Shown piece by piece: positions 47,811 through 57,209 of a stretch of DNA of 64,000 nucleotides. Positions within the stretch are counted from its first letter, which is position 1, and every line of letters starts with the position of its first letter. Origin of the DNA: Candidatus Woesebacteria bacterium. GTDB lineage: Bacteria; Patescibacteriota; Microgenomatia; UBA8517. The stretch lies in contig CP055308.1 of NCBI GenBank assembly GCA_013374855.1, positions 337,833 to 401,832 on the forward strand, in the 5' to 3' direction. A program made the position numbers and the translations under genes. A model generated the notes under the pieces. The model was not told the origin of the DNA, did not search any database, and saw only the letters and a program-made list of their open reading frames with translations.

Positions 47811-48797
47811 ATGAAGAAGTTTTTTTTCTTTTTATTGATTTTTTTAGTTATTTTTTTCTTTCTCTATCTTTGGTGGGTAAGTCTGGCTAAGCCGGCCTCT
47901 TCTGATCAGGTAAAAAAAAGGTTTGTTATAAAAAAAGGTCTTACTACGGCACAAATTTCTAAAAAGCTAGAGGAAGAGAATATAATTAGAAGTAGTTTTG
48001 CCTTTAAATTTTATGTTCAATTTAGAGGTCTTTCTGATAAGATAAAAGCAGGCGAATATAACCTTTCCCCCTCTGATAATTTGTACGAGATAGTGCATAA
48101 TTTAATTAAGGGCCCGGATCTTATTTGGGTTACTTTGCCTGAAGGATTAAGAATAGAGGAAATGGGCATAAAGTTGGCTAAGGATCTTGAAGTTCAAGAT
48201 AAAAAGGCATTTTATAAGGAATTTTTAAAGGCTTCTGCAGGTAAGGAAGGATATCTTTTTCCTGACACTTACTTATTTTCAAGAGAAACTTTGCCGTCTA
48301 ATATCGTTTCTATTCTTTATGATAATTTTAAGCGCAAAATTTCTCCGTTTGAGGCGGATATATCAAAATCAAACTTGAGTTTAAAGGAGGTTGTTATCCT
48401 GGCTTCAATAATAGAAAGGGAAACGAGAACAGAGGAAGAAAGGCCAATTGTTGCTGGTATTTTGTTGAAACGGCTTAAAGCTGGTTGGCCACTTCAGACT
48501 GATGCAACGGTTCAATATATAGTGGGGTCAAGAAATTGCAAGGAAGAACCATTTGATTGCAAATGGTGGCCTTTATTAGCGAAGTCTGATTTGGGGGTGG
48601 AAAGTAAATTTAATACTTATAAGATAAAAGGTCTGCCCCCCTCACCCATTGCTAATGCGGGGATTTCTTCAATAAAGTCAGTTATTTACCCAAAAGAGAC
48701 TTCTTATTGGTTTTATCTTCATGACAAGGATGGAAAAATCTATTATGCTACTTCTTTGGAAGAACACCAACAGAATATAAATCTTTATTTGAAATAA
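47811..48797 (+). CDS. mltG: Endolytic transglycosylase MltG
   Basis: TLPEG, EGYLFPDTY, LASIIERE, LQTDATVQY, NTYKIKGLPPSPIAN. Confidence 0.95.
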   Translation: MKKFFFFLLIFLVIFFFLYLWWVSLAKPASSDQVKKRFVIKKGLTTAQISKKLEEENIIRSSFAFKFYVQFRGLSDKIKAGEYNLSPSDNLYEIVHNLIKGPDLIWVTLPEGLRIEEMGIKLAKDLEVQDKKAFYKEFLKASAGKEGYLFPDTYLFSRETLPSNIVSILYDNFKRKISPFEADISKSNLSLKEVVILASIIERETRTEEERPIVAGILLKRLKAGWPLQTDATVQYIVGSRNCKEEPFDCKWWPLLAKSDLGVESKFNTYKIKGLPPSPIANAGISSIKSVIYPKETSYWFYLHDKDGKIYYATSLEEHQQNINLYLK

Positions 48798-49000
48798 GCA
48801 GAATTCAAAGTTAAAAGCTAGATTATAGGTATGTTTGTTTTAACTAATAGGAATTATCGATTGTGGCAAAATTTCAACTAACAAATTACAATGGATAAGA
48901 ATTGTTTGATTTAAAAGTTAAAAGTTGTAGCTAAATCAAAAATTTAATGATAGCTTTTGAATTGCTTTTCAAGAATAATTCTTAAATTCATGTAATGTTG

Positions 49001-49076
49001 TGATATAATGAACCAATCTTTTGGCTTTTTATAACAGTCTTTTCCCTATTGACAAGATTTAAAATGAATATATAAT
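49001..49076 (+). promoter_or_regulatory. Tandem sigma70 promoter elements upstream of rpoB
   Basis: TG-A-TATAAT at 49001-09; TTGACA 49049-54, 16 bp, TATAAT 49071-76. Confidence 0.65.
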
Positions 49077-49155
49077 CGCACCTAGGCGTATTTTTACGCT
49101 TTGTTTTGTTTGCCCAGTTTTTTGGGGCTTTTTGTGTTTAAGTGTCTCTTGCAAG

Positions 49156-52100
49156 ATGAATAAGAAAGACCAATCCAGAATTAATTTGGGGAAGGAATAT
49201 AAGGGATTACCTGAATTAGATTTAGTTTTAGTACAAAAGGAATCTTGGGAGCTTTTCCTGAAAGAAGGTATTTTGAACGAGATAAAAGAGATTTCTCCTA
49301 TTGAGGATTTTACAGGCAAGAATTGGGAGCTTTTTCTTGACAATCCTGTAATAGGTGAGCCTTCTATTACTCCCAAAAAAGCACTTGAAAAGGGTCTTAC
49401 TTATTCTGCTCCTCTTAAAGTTACTGCCACTTTGGTGAACAAAAGAAACGGGAAAAGAGTATCACAGGAAGTTTTTCTTGGAGAAATTCCCCAGATGACC
49501 GAAAGAGGAACCTTTGTAATAAGTGGTGTTGAGAGGGTGATCATAAATCAGCTTGTTAGATCTCCTGGTGTTTATTTTTCTGGTGAGCTTGATCCCTCTG
49601 CAGGTAGGATGCTTTATAAAAGCGAGATAAGACCTCTTTATGGAACGTGGTTAGAATTTGAGGTTTCAAAAAATGATGTAATTTCTGCCAGAATAGATCG
49701 CAGAAGACGTATAAATGCAATCACTTTTTTGAGGCTTTTTGGTGTTGAGTCAAATGACGAGATAAGGAGTCTTTTTAAGGCTGTTGATACTGATAGTCAG
49801 CATAAATATATAGAGAGTACCATTCAGCGTGATTTATCCACAAATAGAGAAGAAGCTCTTCTTGATTTTTACAGGAAGATGAGGCCTGGGGAGCCTGTTG
49901 TTTTGGAGAACGCTCAAAACCTTTTTGTTTCTATGTTTACTGATCCGCGCCGATATAGCTTTGGAGAGGTTGGACGCTATAAAGTTAATAAAAGATTGGC
50001 TCTTAACATTCCAAATGAAAGAGAAAATTTTGTTCTTAAAAAGGAGGATGTAGTGAGTGCTCTTGTCTACCTTATTAATCTTCAGAACGATGAAGGTAGT
50101 GTTGATGATATAGATCATCTGGGAAACAGAAGGTTAAGGCGAGTTGGAGAGCTTGTTGCTGTTAATGCTTTCAGACCGGGGCTTTTGAGGCTAGAGCGGC
50201 TTATTAAAGAAAAGATGAGTTTGATTTCATCTGCTGAAAATCCTACTCCTTCGGTTGTTATTAATTCGAGGCCTTTGGTTTCTTCATTAAATGATTTTTT
50301 TAGGCTTAGCCAGCTTTCAGCTATTCTTGACGATGCTAATCCGTTGAGTGAGATAGAGAATTTGAGAAAGATATCTGTAATGGGTACTGGGGGTATAAAT
50401 AAAGAGAGAGCTTCTTTTTCTGTTCGTGATATAGGTAGTTCTCAATATGGAAGAATAGATCCTGTTAAAACACCAGAGGGACCAAATATTGGTCTTGTTA
50501 CCCACCTTGCTCTTTATGCAAGAGTCAATAATTTTGGCTTTATAGAAGCGCCTTACAGAAAATTGGAGAAAGTGAAAATTGGAGGCAAGATAAAAGTTAA
50601 GTTAACAGATGAGATTGTCTATCTTACAGCAGATGATGAAGAAGATTATCATATTACTCATGCAGGTGTAGAGGTAGATGGGGAAGGGTTTATTATTGAG
50701 AATTGGATACCTTATCGTTATAAAGGTTCTGTTTTAGAAGGTCCTGTTGAAGAGGTTGATCTTATGGACATTACTCCACGTCAGGTTGTTGGTGTGTCCT
50801 CTTCTTTGATACCTTTTCTTTCTCATGATGAGGGAGCTCGTGCTCTGATGGGATCAAACATGCAGTGTCAGGCTGTGCCATTAGTTTTGCCACAAAGCCC
50901 GGTTGTTGGCACAGGGATGGAGGCTATTGTGGCAAAATCTGTTGGTAGATCAACAATCTCAAGATCTGATGGAGTGGTAGATTATGTTGATGCCGAGAGG
51001 ATAGTGATAAAGCTTGATGGCAAGTCCAATATGTCCTTGCACGAGGACGTTGAAGTCTCTGAAGATGGTAAGTATGAGACTTATTATCTTAATAAGTTTC
51101 AAAGAACCGCCAAGTCAACATGTTACAACCAAAGGGTTTTGGTAAAGAAAGGGCAAAGAGTCAGAAAAGGTGATATTTTGGCTGATGGGCCATCAACTGA
51201 AAATGGGGAGCTTGCCTTGGGGAGAAATTTGATTGTTGCTTATGCAATTATAGAGGGTTATGGTTATGAAGACTCTATATTGATTTCGGATAGGCTTGTC
51301 AAAGAGGATTTGTTAACTTCAATTACGGTTGAAGAATACGAAGCTGATCTTGTGGAAACAAAGTTGGGGCCAGAAGAGTTAACCCGTGATATTCCAAATG
51401 TTTCAGAGTCTGACCTTGCCAATTTAGCTGAAGACGGGATAGTTGTTATAGGTGCGGAAGTTGGCCCAGGTGATATTTTGGTTGGGAAAATTGCACCCAA
51501 AGGAGAAAAAGAACTTACATCGGAGGAACGATTGTTGAGAGCTATATTTGGTGAGAAAGCTCGTGAGGTTAGAGATACTTCTTTGCGGATGCCACATGGC
51601 GAAAGGGGTACTGTCATTGGTGTTCAAATATTAGATAGAGAACAAGGAGATGAATTGGGCCCGGGTGTTATTAAGAGAGTTATTGTCAAGGTTGCTCAGA
51701 TGAGAAAAATAGAAGTTGGTGATAAGGTTGCAGGAAGGCATGGTAATAAGGGTGTTATAGCTAAGATTTTCCCTCAGGCTGACATGCCTTTTATGGAAGA
51801 TGGAACACCGGTTGACTTGGTAATTTCTCCTCTTTCTGTTGTTTCCCGTATGAATTTAGGGCAACTTTTGGAGTGTCATTTAGGTCTTTCTCTTGTTAAG
51901 AAAGGTGTTAAAGTGGCGCTGCCTGTTTTTGATAAATTTGATGAAAATTTCCTTATTGAAAATTTGAAGGAATCTGGTTTCTCTCCTTTAGGGAAAGTGA
52001 GGCTTTATAATGGGAGGACAGGAGAACCTTTTCTTGAGGATACAACAGTGGGGATAGGATACATAATTAAACTTACCCATATGGTTGAGGATAAGACTCA

Positions 52101-52527
52101 TGCTCGTTCCACCGGTCCTTATTCTTTAGTTACCCAACAACCACTTGGAGGGAAAGCACAAATGGGAGGACAAAGATTAGGAGAAATGGAGGTTTGGGCG
52201 CTTGAGGCACATAGGGCCGCTTATACTTTACAGGAAATGTTAACTATAAAATCAGATGATATAGTTGGAAGAGCGAAGGCTTTTGAGGCAATAGTTAAAG
52301 GGGTTGATATACCAGAGTCTACAGTTCCTGAAAGCTTTAAGGTTTTGGTGAGAGAACTTAATTCCTTGTGTCTGTCGATTGAGGCAAAAGGAAATGTTTA
52401 TAAAGAGATGGATGAGATTCAAGGGAGTGAAAACTTAATTAAAGAAATAGGCTCTGCTGAGCAGGTTGCTTTGGCAGAAGAGGTCTTAAATCCCGAAGGG
52501 AATATGGAAGTTGAAATGTTGCAATAG
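49156..52527 (+). CDS. rpoB: RNA polymerase beta subunit
   Basis: QLVRSPGVYF, TPEGPNIGL, GDKVAGRHGNKG, GGQRLGEMEVWAL; likely start ATG 49156. Confidence 0.99.
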   Translation: MNKKDQSRINLGKEYKGLPELDLVLVQKESWELFLKEGILNEIKEISPIEDFTGKNWELFLDNPVIGEPSITPKKALEKGLTYSAPLKVTATLVNKRNGKRVSQEVFLGEIPQMTERGTFVISGVERVIINQLVRSPGVYFSGELDPSAGRMLYKSEIRPLYGTWLEFEVSKNDVISARIDRRRRINAITFLRLFGVESNDEIRSLFKAVDTDSQHKYIESTIQRDLSTNREEALLDFYRKMRPGEPVVLENAQNLFVSMFTDPRRYSFGEVGRYKVNKRLALNIPNERENFVLKKEDVVSALVYLINLQNDEGSVDDIDHLGNRRLRRVGELVAVNAFRPGLLRLERLIKEKMSLISSAENPTPSVVINSRPLVSSLNDFFRLSQLSAILDDANPLSEIENLRKISVMGTGGINKERASFSVRDIGSSQYGRIDPVKTPEGPNIGLVTHLALYARVNNFGFIEAPYRKLEKVKIGGKIKVKLTDEIVYLTADDEEDYHITHAGVEVDGEGFIIENWIPYRYKGSVLEGPVEEVDLMDITPRQVVGVSSSLIPFLSHDEGARALMGSNMQCQAVPLVLPQSPVVGTGMEAIVAKSVGRSTISRSDGVVDYVDAERIVIKLDGKSNMSLHEDVEVSEDGKYETYYLNKFQRTAKSTCYNQRVLVKKGQRVRKGDILADGPSTENGELALGRNLIVAYAIIEGYGYEDSILISDRLVKEDLLTSITVEEYEADLVETKLGPEELTRDIPNVSESDLANLAEDGIVVIGAEVGPGDILVGKIAPKGEKELTSEERLLRAIFGEKAREVRDTSLRMPHGERGTVIGVQILDREQGDELGPGVIKRVIVKVAQMRKIEVGDKVAGRHGNKGVIAKIFPQADMPFMEDGTPVDLVISPLSVVSRMNLGQLLECHLGLSLVKKGVKVALPVFDKFDENFLIENLKESGFSPLGKVRLYNGRTGEPFLEDTTVGIGYIIKLTHMVEDKTHARSTGPYSLVTQQPLGGKAQMGGQRLGEMEVWALEAHRAAYTLQEMLTIKSDDIVGRAKAFEAIVKGVDIPESTVPESFKVLVRELNSLCLSIEAKGNVYKEMDEIQGSENLIKEIGSAEQVALAEEVLNPEGNMEVEMLQ

Positions 52528-52533
52528 TGTAAT

Positions 52534-55500
52534 ATGGAACCATTATCTGACATCAAAGATCTTAAGGGTTTTAGCAGTTTAATGATTAGGCTTGCTTCTC
52601 CTGAAGAGATAAGAAAATGGTCTCGTGGTGAGGTAACTAAGCCTGAAACTATTAACTATCGCACACTTAGGCCAGAGAAAGATGGTCTTTTTGATGAAAG
52701 AATTTTTGGACCAACTAAAGATTGGGAGTGTTATTGTGGCAAGTATAAGAGAATTCGTTATAAAGGGGTAGTTTGCGATAAATGCGGAGTTGAGGTCACT
52801 TTATCGAGGGTAAGAAGGGAGAGAATGGGGCACATTAACCTAGCTTGCCCTATTGCCCATGTTTGGTACTTTAAAGGTGCTCCTTCTAAAATTTCTTTAT
52901 TGCTTGACATACCTCCTCGTTCGGTTGAACAAGTGATCTATTTTGCCCGTTATATTGTTATATTGTCTGACGATAAGGGTAAAAAGCAAGCACTTGAGAA
53001 TTTAGAAAAGGCAAGAAAAGAAAGGCTTGAGAAGATTAAAAATGATTATTCTGAGAAGAAGAAAGAGTTGCAAGATTCTGCATCTTCTGAGAAAGAGAAA
53101 ATTGACAAAAAGATAAAGAATAGGGAACAGGCATCTCTTGCCAAGATAGAGATTGATCTTGAATTGAGGAAGAGGGAACAAATACTTACAGAGGAATATA
53201 ATCTTAATGTGGAGAGGACAAATCAGTTGTTTAGTAACCTTTCGCTTATAGTCAAAAATTTGAGGGAGATGTCAATTCTTTCGGAGGAAGAATTGGAGCA
53301 ACTTGCCACTTATGATGCTTCTGATTTCTTTGAAGCAAAAACAGGAGCCGAGGCAATTCTTGTTGCTTTGCAAAAAATAGATCTTGAGAAGTTAGCTTTT
53401 TCTTTGAGGAAAGAACTAGGAGAAACAAAAGAGGATTCGCCTCGATTCTCCAAACTGACCAAACGATTGAAGCTAGTTGATGGGATGAGGATTTCAAAGA
53501 TTGACCCATCGTGGATGATATTAAGAGTAATTCCTGTCTTGCCTCCCGATTTAAGACCAATGGTTCAACTTTCTGGAGGTAGATTTGCTACAAGTGATCT
53601 TAATGATCTTTACAGAAGGGTAATAAACAGAAACAATAGGTTGAAGCATTTGATAAATCTGGGTGCACCTGAAATTATATTGAGAAATGAAAAGAGGATG
53701 TTGCAAGAGGCAGTAGATTCTTTGATTGATGCTTCGCAAAGAAAGGCAACTCGCCGGGGCAAGGGAAGACAACCTTTGAGGTCCCTTTCTGATATGTTAA
53801 AAGGGAAACAGGGTAGGTTTAGGCAAAACTTGCTTGGGAAAAGAGTTGATTACTCTGGAAGGAGTGTTATTGTTGTTGGGCCAGAGCTTAAGTTTTATGA
53901 ATGTGGTTTGCCAAAGGATATGGCGCTTGAAATGTTCAAACCCTTTGTATTAAGGGAAATTATCAAGCGGGGAATAGCTCCTAATGTGCGGAGTGCCAAG
54001 AATCTTTTGGAGAAAAAGCCTCCTGAAGTCTTTGATATTTTGGAAGAAATTACCAAGGATCATCCGGTTCTTTTAAACCGGGCACCTACTCTGCACAAAC
54101 TGAGTATTCTTGCTTTTTATCCTGTCTTAATTGAGGGGAGTGCTATAAGACTTCATCCTGCTGTTTGTAATGGATTCAATGCCGATTTTGACGGAGACCA
54201 AATGGCAGTTCATGTTCCGCTTTCCAAGAAAGCTATTGAGGAGGCTCGTAATTTAATGATGCCACAAAAGAATTTGCTTAAACCAGCTGATGGTTCACCT
54301 ATAGCTACACCCTCAAGAAAGGAGATGGCTTTGGGTATCTATTATTTAACAGTTGTGGATGAAAGAATTCCTAAATATGAGGGTGTTTTTGCTGATAAGG
54401 AAGAGGCATTGACCGCTCTTTCTTTAAGGAAAATAGGGGTAAGGCAGCTTATTTCAGTAAGATTGGAGGGAAAAATAGTGGAGACCACTGCTGGCAGGAT
54501 AATGTTTAACGAGATTCTTCCATCAGGTTTTGAATTTATGAACGAGGCTATTCACTCCGGGATTATTAAGGAGATATTTAATAAAGCCTTTAAAATTTGC
54601 ACCAACGATGAGTTGGTGGAGATGATAGATAATATAAAATCGCTTGGTTTTTATGGAGGTACAATTTCTGGTATTTCTTTTGGAATTTTTGATGCGGTTG
54701 TTTATCCAGACAAGGAAAAAATTATAGGGGAGTGTGAGAAAAAAGTGTCTGCTCTTGAAGAAAGTTATGCACAAGGCCTTCTAACTTTGGAAGAAAAGAA
54801 GAAACTAACCCGTGATTATTGGATAGAGGCAAGCGACTTACTAGCTGATAAGACTTGGGAGTTGATGGATAAGTATAACCCTATCAGAGTTGTTATTGAT
54901 GCAAAAGTTGGTAGGGCTTCCAGAGATCAGGTCAAGCAATTGGCCGCGATGAGGGGATTGGTAGTTGATCCTTTGGGCAGGCCTGTTGAACTTCCTATAA
55001 AGTCTAACTTTAGGGAAGGCCTTTCCATTCTGGAGTATGTTACATCGGGAAGAGGGTCACGTAAAGGGTTAACAGATACAGCTCTCAAGACTGCTGATGC
55101 AGGTTATTTGACAAGAAGACTTGTTGATGTGGCTCATGATGTAATAATAAGATCTGAAGATTGTGGTACAAATGAGGGTATATTAATCAATCTTACTAAT
55201 CTTAAGGTTTCAGATGCCATTTTCAAAATTGCTGGGAGGTTTTCGGCAAAGGATATATTGCACCCTAAAGATTCAAAAGTGATTGTGGCGGCAGGTGAAA
55301 TTATTGATGATGATAAAGCCGAAGAGGTGGTTGAAGCTGGAATTTCTGGTGTAGAGGTTTTTTCTCCTTTGACTTGTGAATTAAAGGCAGGAGTTTGTGC
55401 TAAATGCTATGGATGGGATTTGTCTAACAAAAAGGTGGTTGAATTGGGCACACCTGTTGGAATATTAGCAGCTCAATCGATAGGTGAGCCGGGAACACAA

Positions 55501-56274
55501 CTTACTTTGAGGACAAAGCATTCGGGGGGTATTGTGGGAGTAGACGTAACTCAAGGTCTTCCGAGGGTTGAGGAACTTTTCGAAGCAAGAACACCTAAAG
55601 TTACATCACCATTGAGTGAGATAACAGGAAAGGTGCGTATTAATGAAACTGATGAAGGGTGGAAAGTGGTTGTATTTTCTGTGCAGAAGCAGATAAAGGA
55701 GAAGAGAGAGTATATTATTTCTAAAACATTAGAATTAGCAGTAAGAGATGGCGAGGTTGTTGAAGCCGGTTCTCCTTTGGCTTATGCACCGCTTGATATA
55801 AGAGAAATCCTTTCAGTTAGCGGTTTGAAAAAAACTCAGGAATATATAGTAAGAGAGATACAAAAAGTTTATGAATCACAAGGCATACCTATACATGACA
55901 AGCATTTTGAGGTTATAGTTAGAAAAATGAGCAATAAAGTTAAGATAGTCACAGGAGGTGATACAATTTTCTTCCCCGGCGAGCTTGTTGACAAGTCTAC
56001 TTTTGAGCTAGAAAACGAAAGAATATTGGCATCTGGCGGGGAACCTGCAAGTGCACAACAGGTTATACTTGGAATCACTAGACGTGCTCTATACACAGAG
56101 AGCTGGCTTTCTGCTGCTTCTTTTGAACAAACTACTGATGTGTTAACAGAGGCTTCTCTTTTAGGAAAAGAGGACCCACTTCTTGGGTTAAAGGAGAATG
56201 TAATAATTGGTCGTCTAATACCCGTGACTAAAGAAGCTCTTGGCTTGCCTTCTAATTCTGATCTGGTAAAATAA
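52534..56274 (+). CDS. rpoC: RNA polymerase beta' subunit
   Basis: KPETINYRT, CYCGKY, NADFDGDQM, ALKTADAGYLTRRL. Confidence 0.99.
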   Translation: MEPLSDIKDLKGFSSLMIRLASPEEIRKWSRGEVTKPETINYRTLRPEKDGLFDERIFGPTKDWECYCGKYKRIRYKGVVCDKCGVEVTLSRVRRERMGHINLACPIAHVWYFKGAPSKISLLLDIPPRSVEQVIYFARYIVILSDDKGKKQALENLEKARKERLEKIKNDYSEKKKELQDSASSEKEKIDKKIKNREQASLAKIEIDLELRKREQILTEEYNLNVERTNQLFSNLSLIVKNLREMSILSEEELEQLATYDASDFFEAKTGAEAILVALQKIDLEKLAFSLRKELGETKEDSPRFSKLTKRLKLVDGMRISKIDPSWMILRVIPVLPPDLRPMVQLSGGRFATSDLNDLYRRVINRNNRLKHLINLGAPEIILRNEKRMLQEAVDSLIDASQRKATRRGKGRQPLRSLSDMLKGKQGRFRQNLLGKRVDYSGRSVIVVGPELKFYECGLPKDMALEMFKPFVLREIIKRGIAPNVRSAKNLLEKKPPEVFDILEEITKDHPVLLNRAPTLHKLSILAFYPVLIEGSAIRLHPAVCNGFNADFDGDQMAVHVPLSKKAIEEARNLMMPQKNLLKPADGSPIATPSRKEMALGIYYLTVVDERIPKYEGVFADKEEALTALSLRKIGVRQLISVRLEGKIVETTAGRIMFNEILPSGFEFMNEAIHSGIIKEIFNKAFKICTNDELVEMIDNIKSLGFYGGTISGISFGIFDAVVYPDKEKIIGECEKKVSALEESYAQGLLTLEEKKKLTRDYWIEASDLLADKTWELMDKYNPIRVVIDAKVGRASRDQVKQLAAMRGLVVDPLGRPVELPIKSNFREGLSILEYVTSGRGSRKGLTDTALKTADAGYLTRRLVDVAHDVIIRSEDCGTNEGILINLTNLKVSDAIFKIAGRFSAKDILHPKDSKVIVAAGEIIDDDKAEEVVEAGISGVEVFSPLTCELKAGVCAKCYGWDLSNKKVVELGTPVGILAAQSIGEPGTQLTLRTKHSGGIVGVDVTQGLPRVEELFEARTPKVTSPLSEITGKVRINETDEGWKVVVFSVQKQIKEKREYIISKTLELAVRDGEVVEAGSPLAYAPLDIREILSVSGLKKTQEYIVREIQKVYESQGIPIHDKHFEVIVRKMSNKVKIVTGGDTIFFPGELVDKSTFELENERILASGGEPASAQQVILGITRRALYTESWLSAASFEQTTDVLTEASLLGKEDPLLGLKENVIIGRLIPVTKEALGLPSNSDLVK

Positions 56275-56285
56275 CTTGACACACT

Positions 56286-56720
56286 ATGCCTACAATATTT
56301 CAGCTAATCAGGAAAGGTAGAAAGCGGATTGTTAAAAAAACTAAAAAAGCTGCTTTGCGAAAGTGGCTTAATGCAAAAGATAGGACATATAAGGAGTATG
56401 ATTCTCCTTTTAAGCGGGGAGTTGTCTTGCAGGTTAGAACAATGACTCCCAAAAAACCCAATTCTGCCCTTCGCAAGGTTGCTCGTGTTAGACTTTCTAA
56501 TAAACAGGAAGTTACAGCCTATATTCCAGGGGAAGGCCATGAGTTGATAGAGCACGCTGTGGTTTTAGTAAGAGGTGGGAGAGTTAAAGATTTACCGGGT
56601 GTTAAATACCAGATAGTTAGGGGTAAGTATGATGCGACTGGAGTTGTTGGTAGAAAGACATCCCGAAGCCGTTATGGTGCCAAAAAGCCGTCCGGCCAGT
56701 CCCAGAGTGAGAGTAACTAA
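56286..56720 (+). CDS. rpsL: 30S ribosomal protein S12
   Basis: [21 protein letters not shown]. Confidence 0.99.
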   Translation: MPTIFQLIRKGRKRIVKKTKKAALRKWLNAKDRTYKEYDSPFKRGVVLQVRTMTPKKPNSALRKVARVRLSNKQEVTAYIPGEGHELIEHAVVLVRGGRVKDLPGVKYQIVRGKYDATGVVGRKTSRSRYGAKKPSGQSQSESN

Positions 56721-56726
56721 ATAATT

Positions 56727-57203
56727 ATGGCAAGGAGAAGAAGATCGAAACCAAGAGTAATAAAACCTGATCCTGTCTTTAAGAACAGGATGGTAGCAAA
56801 GCTAATAAATGTGGCAATGCGTGATGGAAAGAAAAGCGTGGCAGAGAAGCAAGTCTATCTTGCCTTTGAGATAATAAAGGAGAAAGAAGGTGATCCAATT
56901 TCTATTTTTTCAAAGGCTCTTGAAAACATAAAGCCTTCAATGGAAGTAAGACCCAGAAGGGTTGGGGGAGCCGCCTACCAAGTACCAATGCCGGTAAGAG
57001 GAGTAAGGAAAGAATCTTTGGCTTTAAGATGGCTGGTGGCAGGAGCTCGAGCAAGACCTAATAGGGATTATCGCACCTTTGCTGAAAAATTGGCAGCTGA
57101 AATTATGGATGCTGCAGCAGGTGAGGGATTTGCTGTTAAGAAAAGGCAGGATGTAGAGAGGATGGCAGAAGCAAATCGTGCTTTTGCACACTTCCGTTGG
57201 TAA
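56727..57203 (+). CDS. rpsG: 30S ribosomal protein S7
   Basis: RRVGGAAYQVP, MAEANRAFAHFRW. Confidence 0.99.
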   Translation: MARRRRSKPRVIKPDPVFKNRMVAKLINVAMRDGKKSVAEKQVYLAFEIIKEKEGDPISIFSKALENIKPSMEVRPRRVGGAAYQVPMPVRGVRKESLALRWLVAGARARPNRDYRTFAEKLAAEIMDAAAGEGFAVKKRQDVERMAEANRAFAHFRW

Positions 57204-57209
57204 GCTTTT

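Noticed and set aside
48798-49048. AT-rich intergenic region as oriC
   Set aside because: No DnaA-box cluster or dnaA/dnaN nearby, and no visible change in strand skew; the TTATCCACA I noticed (~49834) is inside rpoB.
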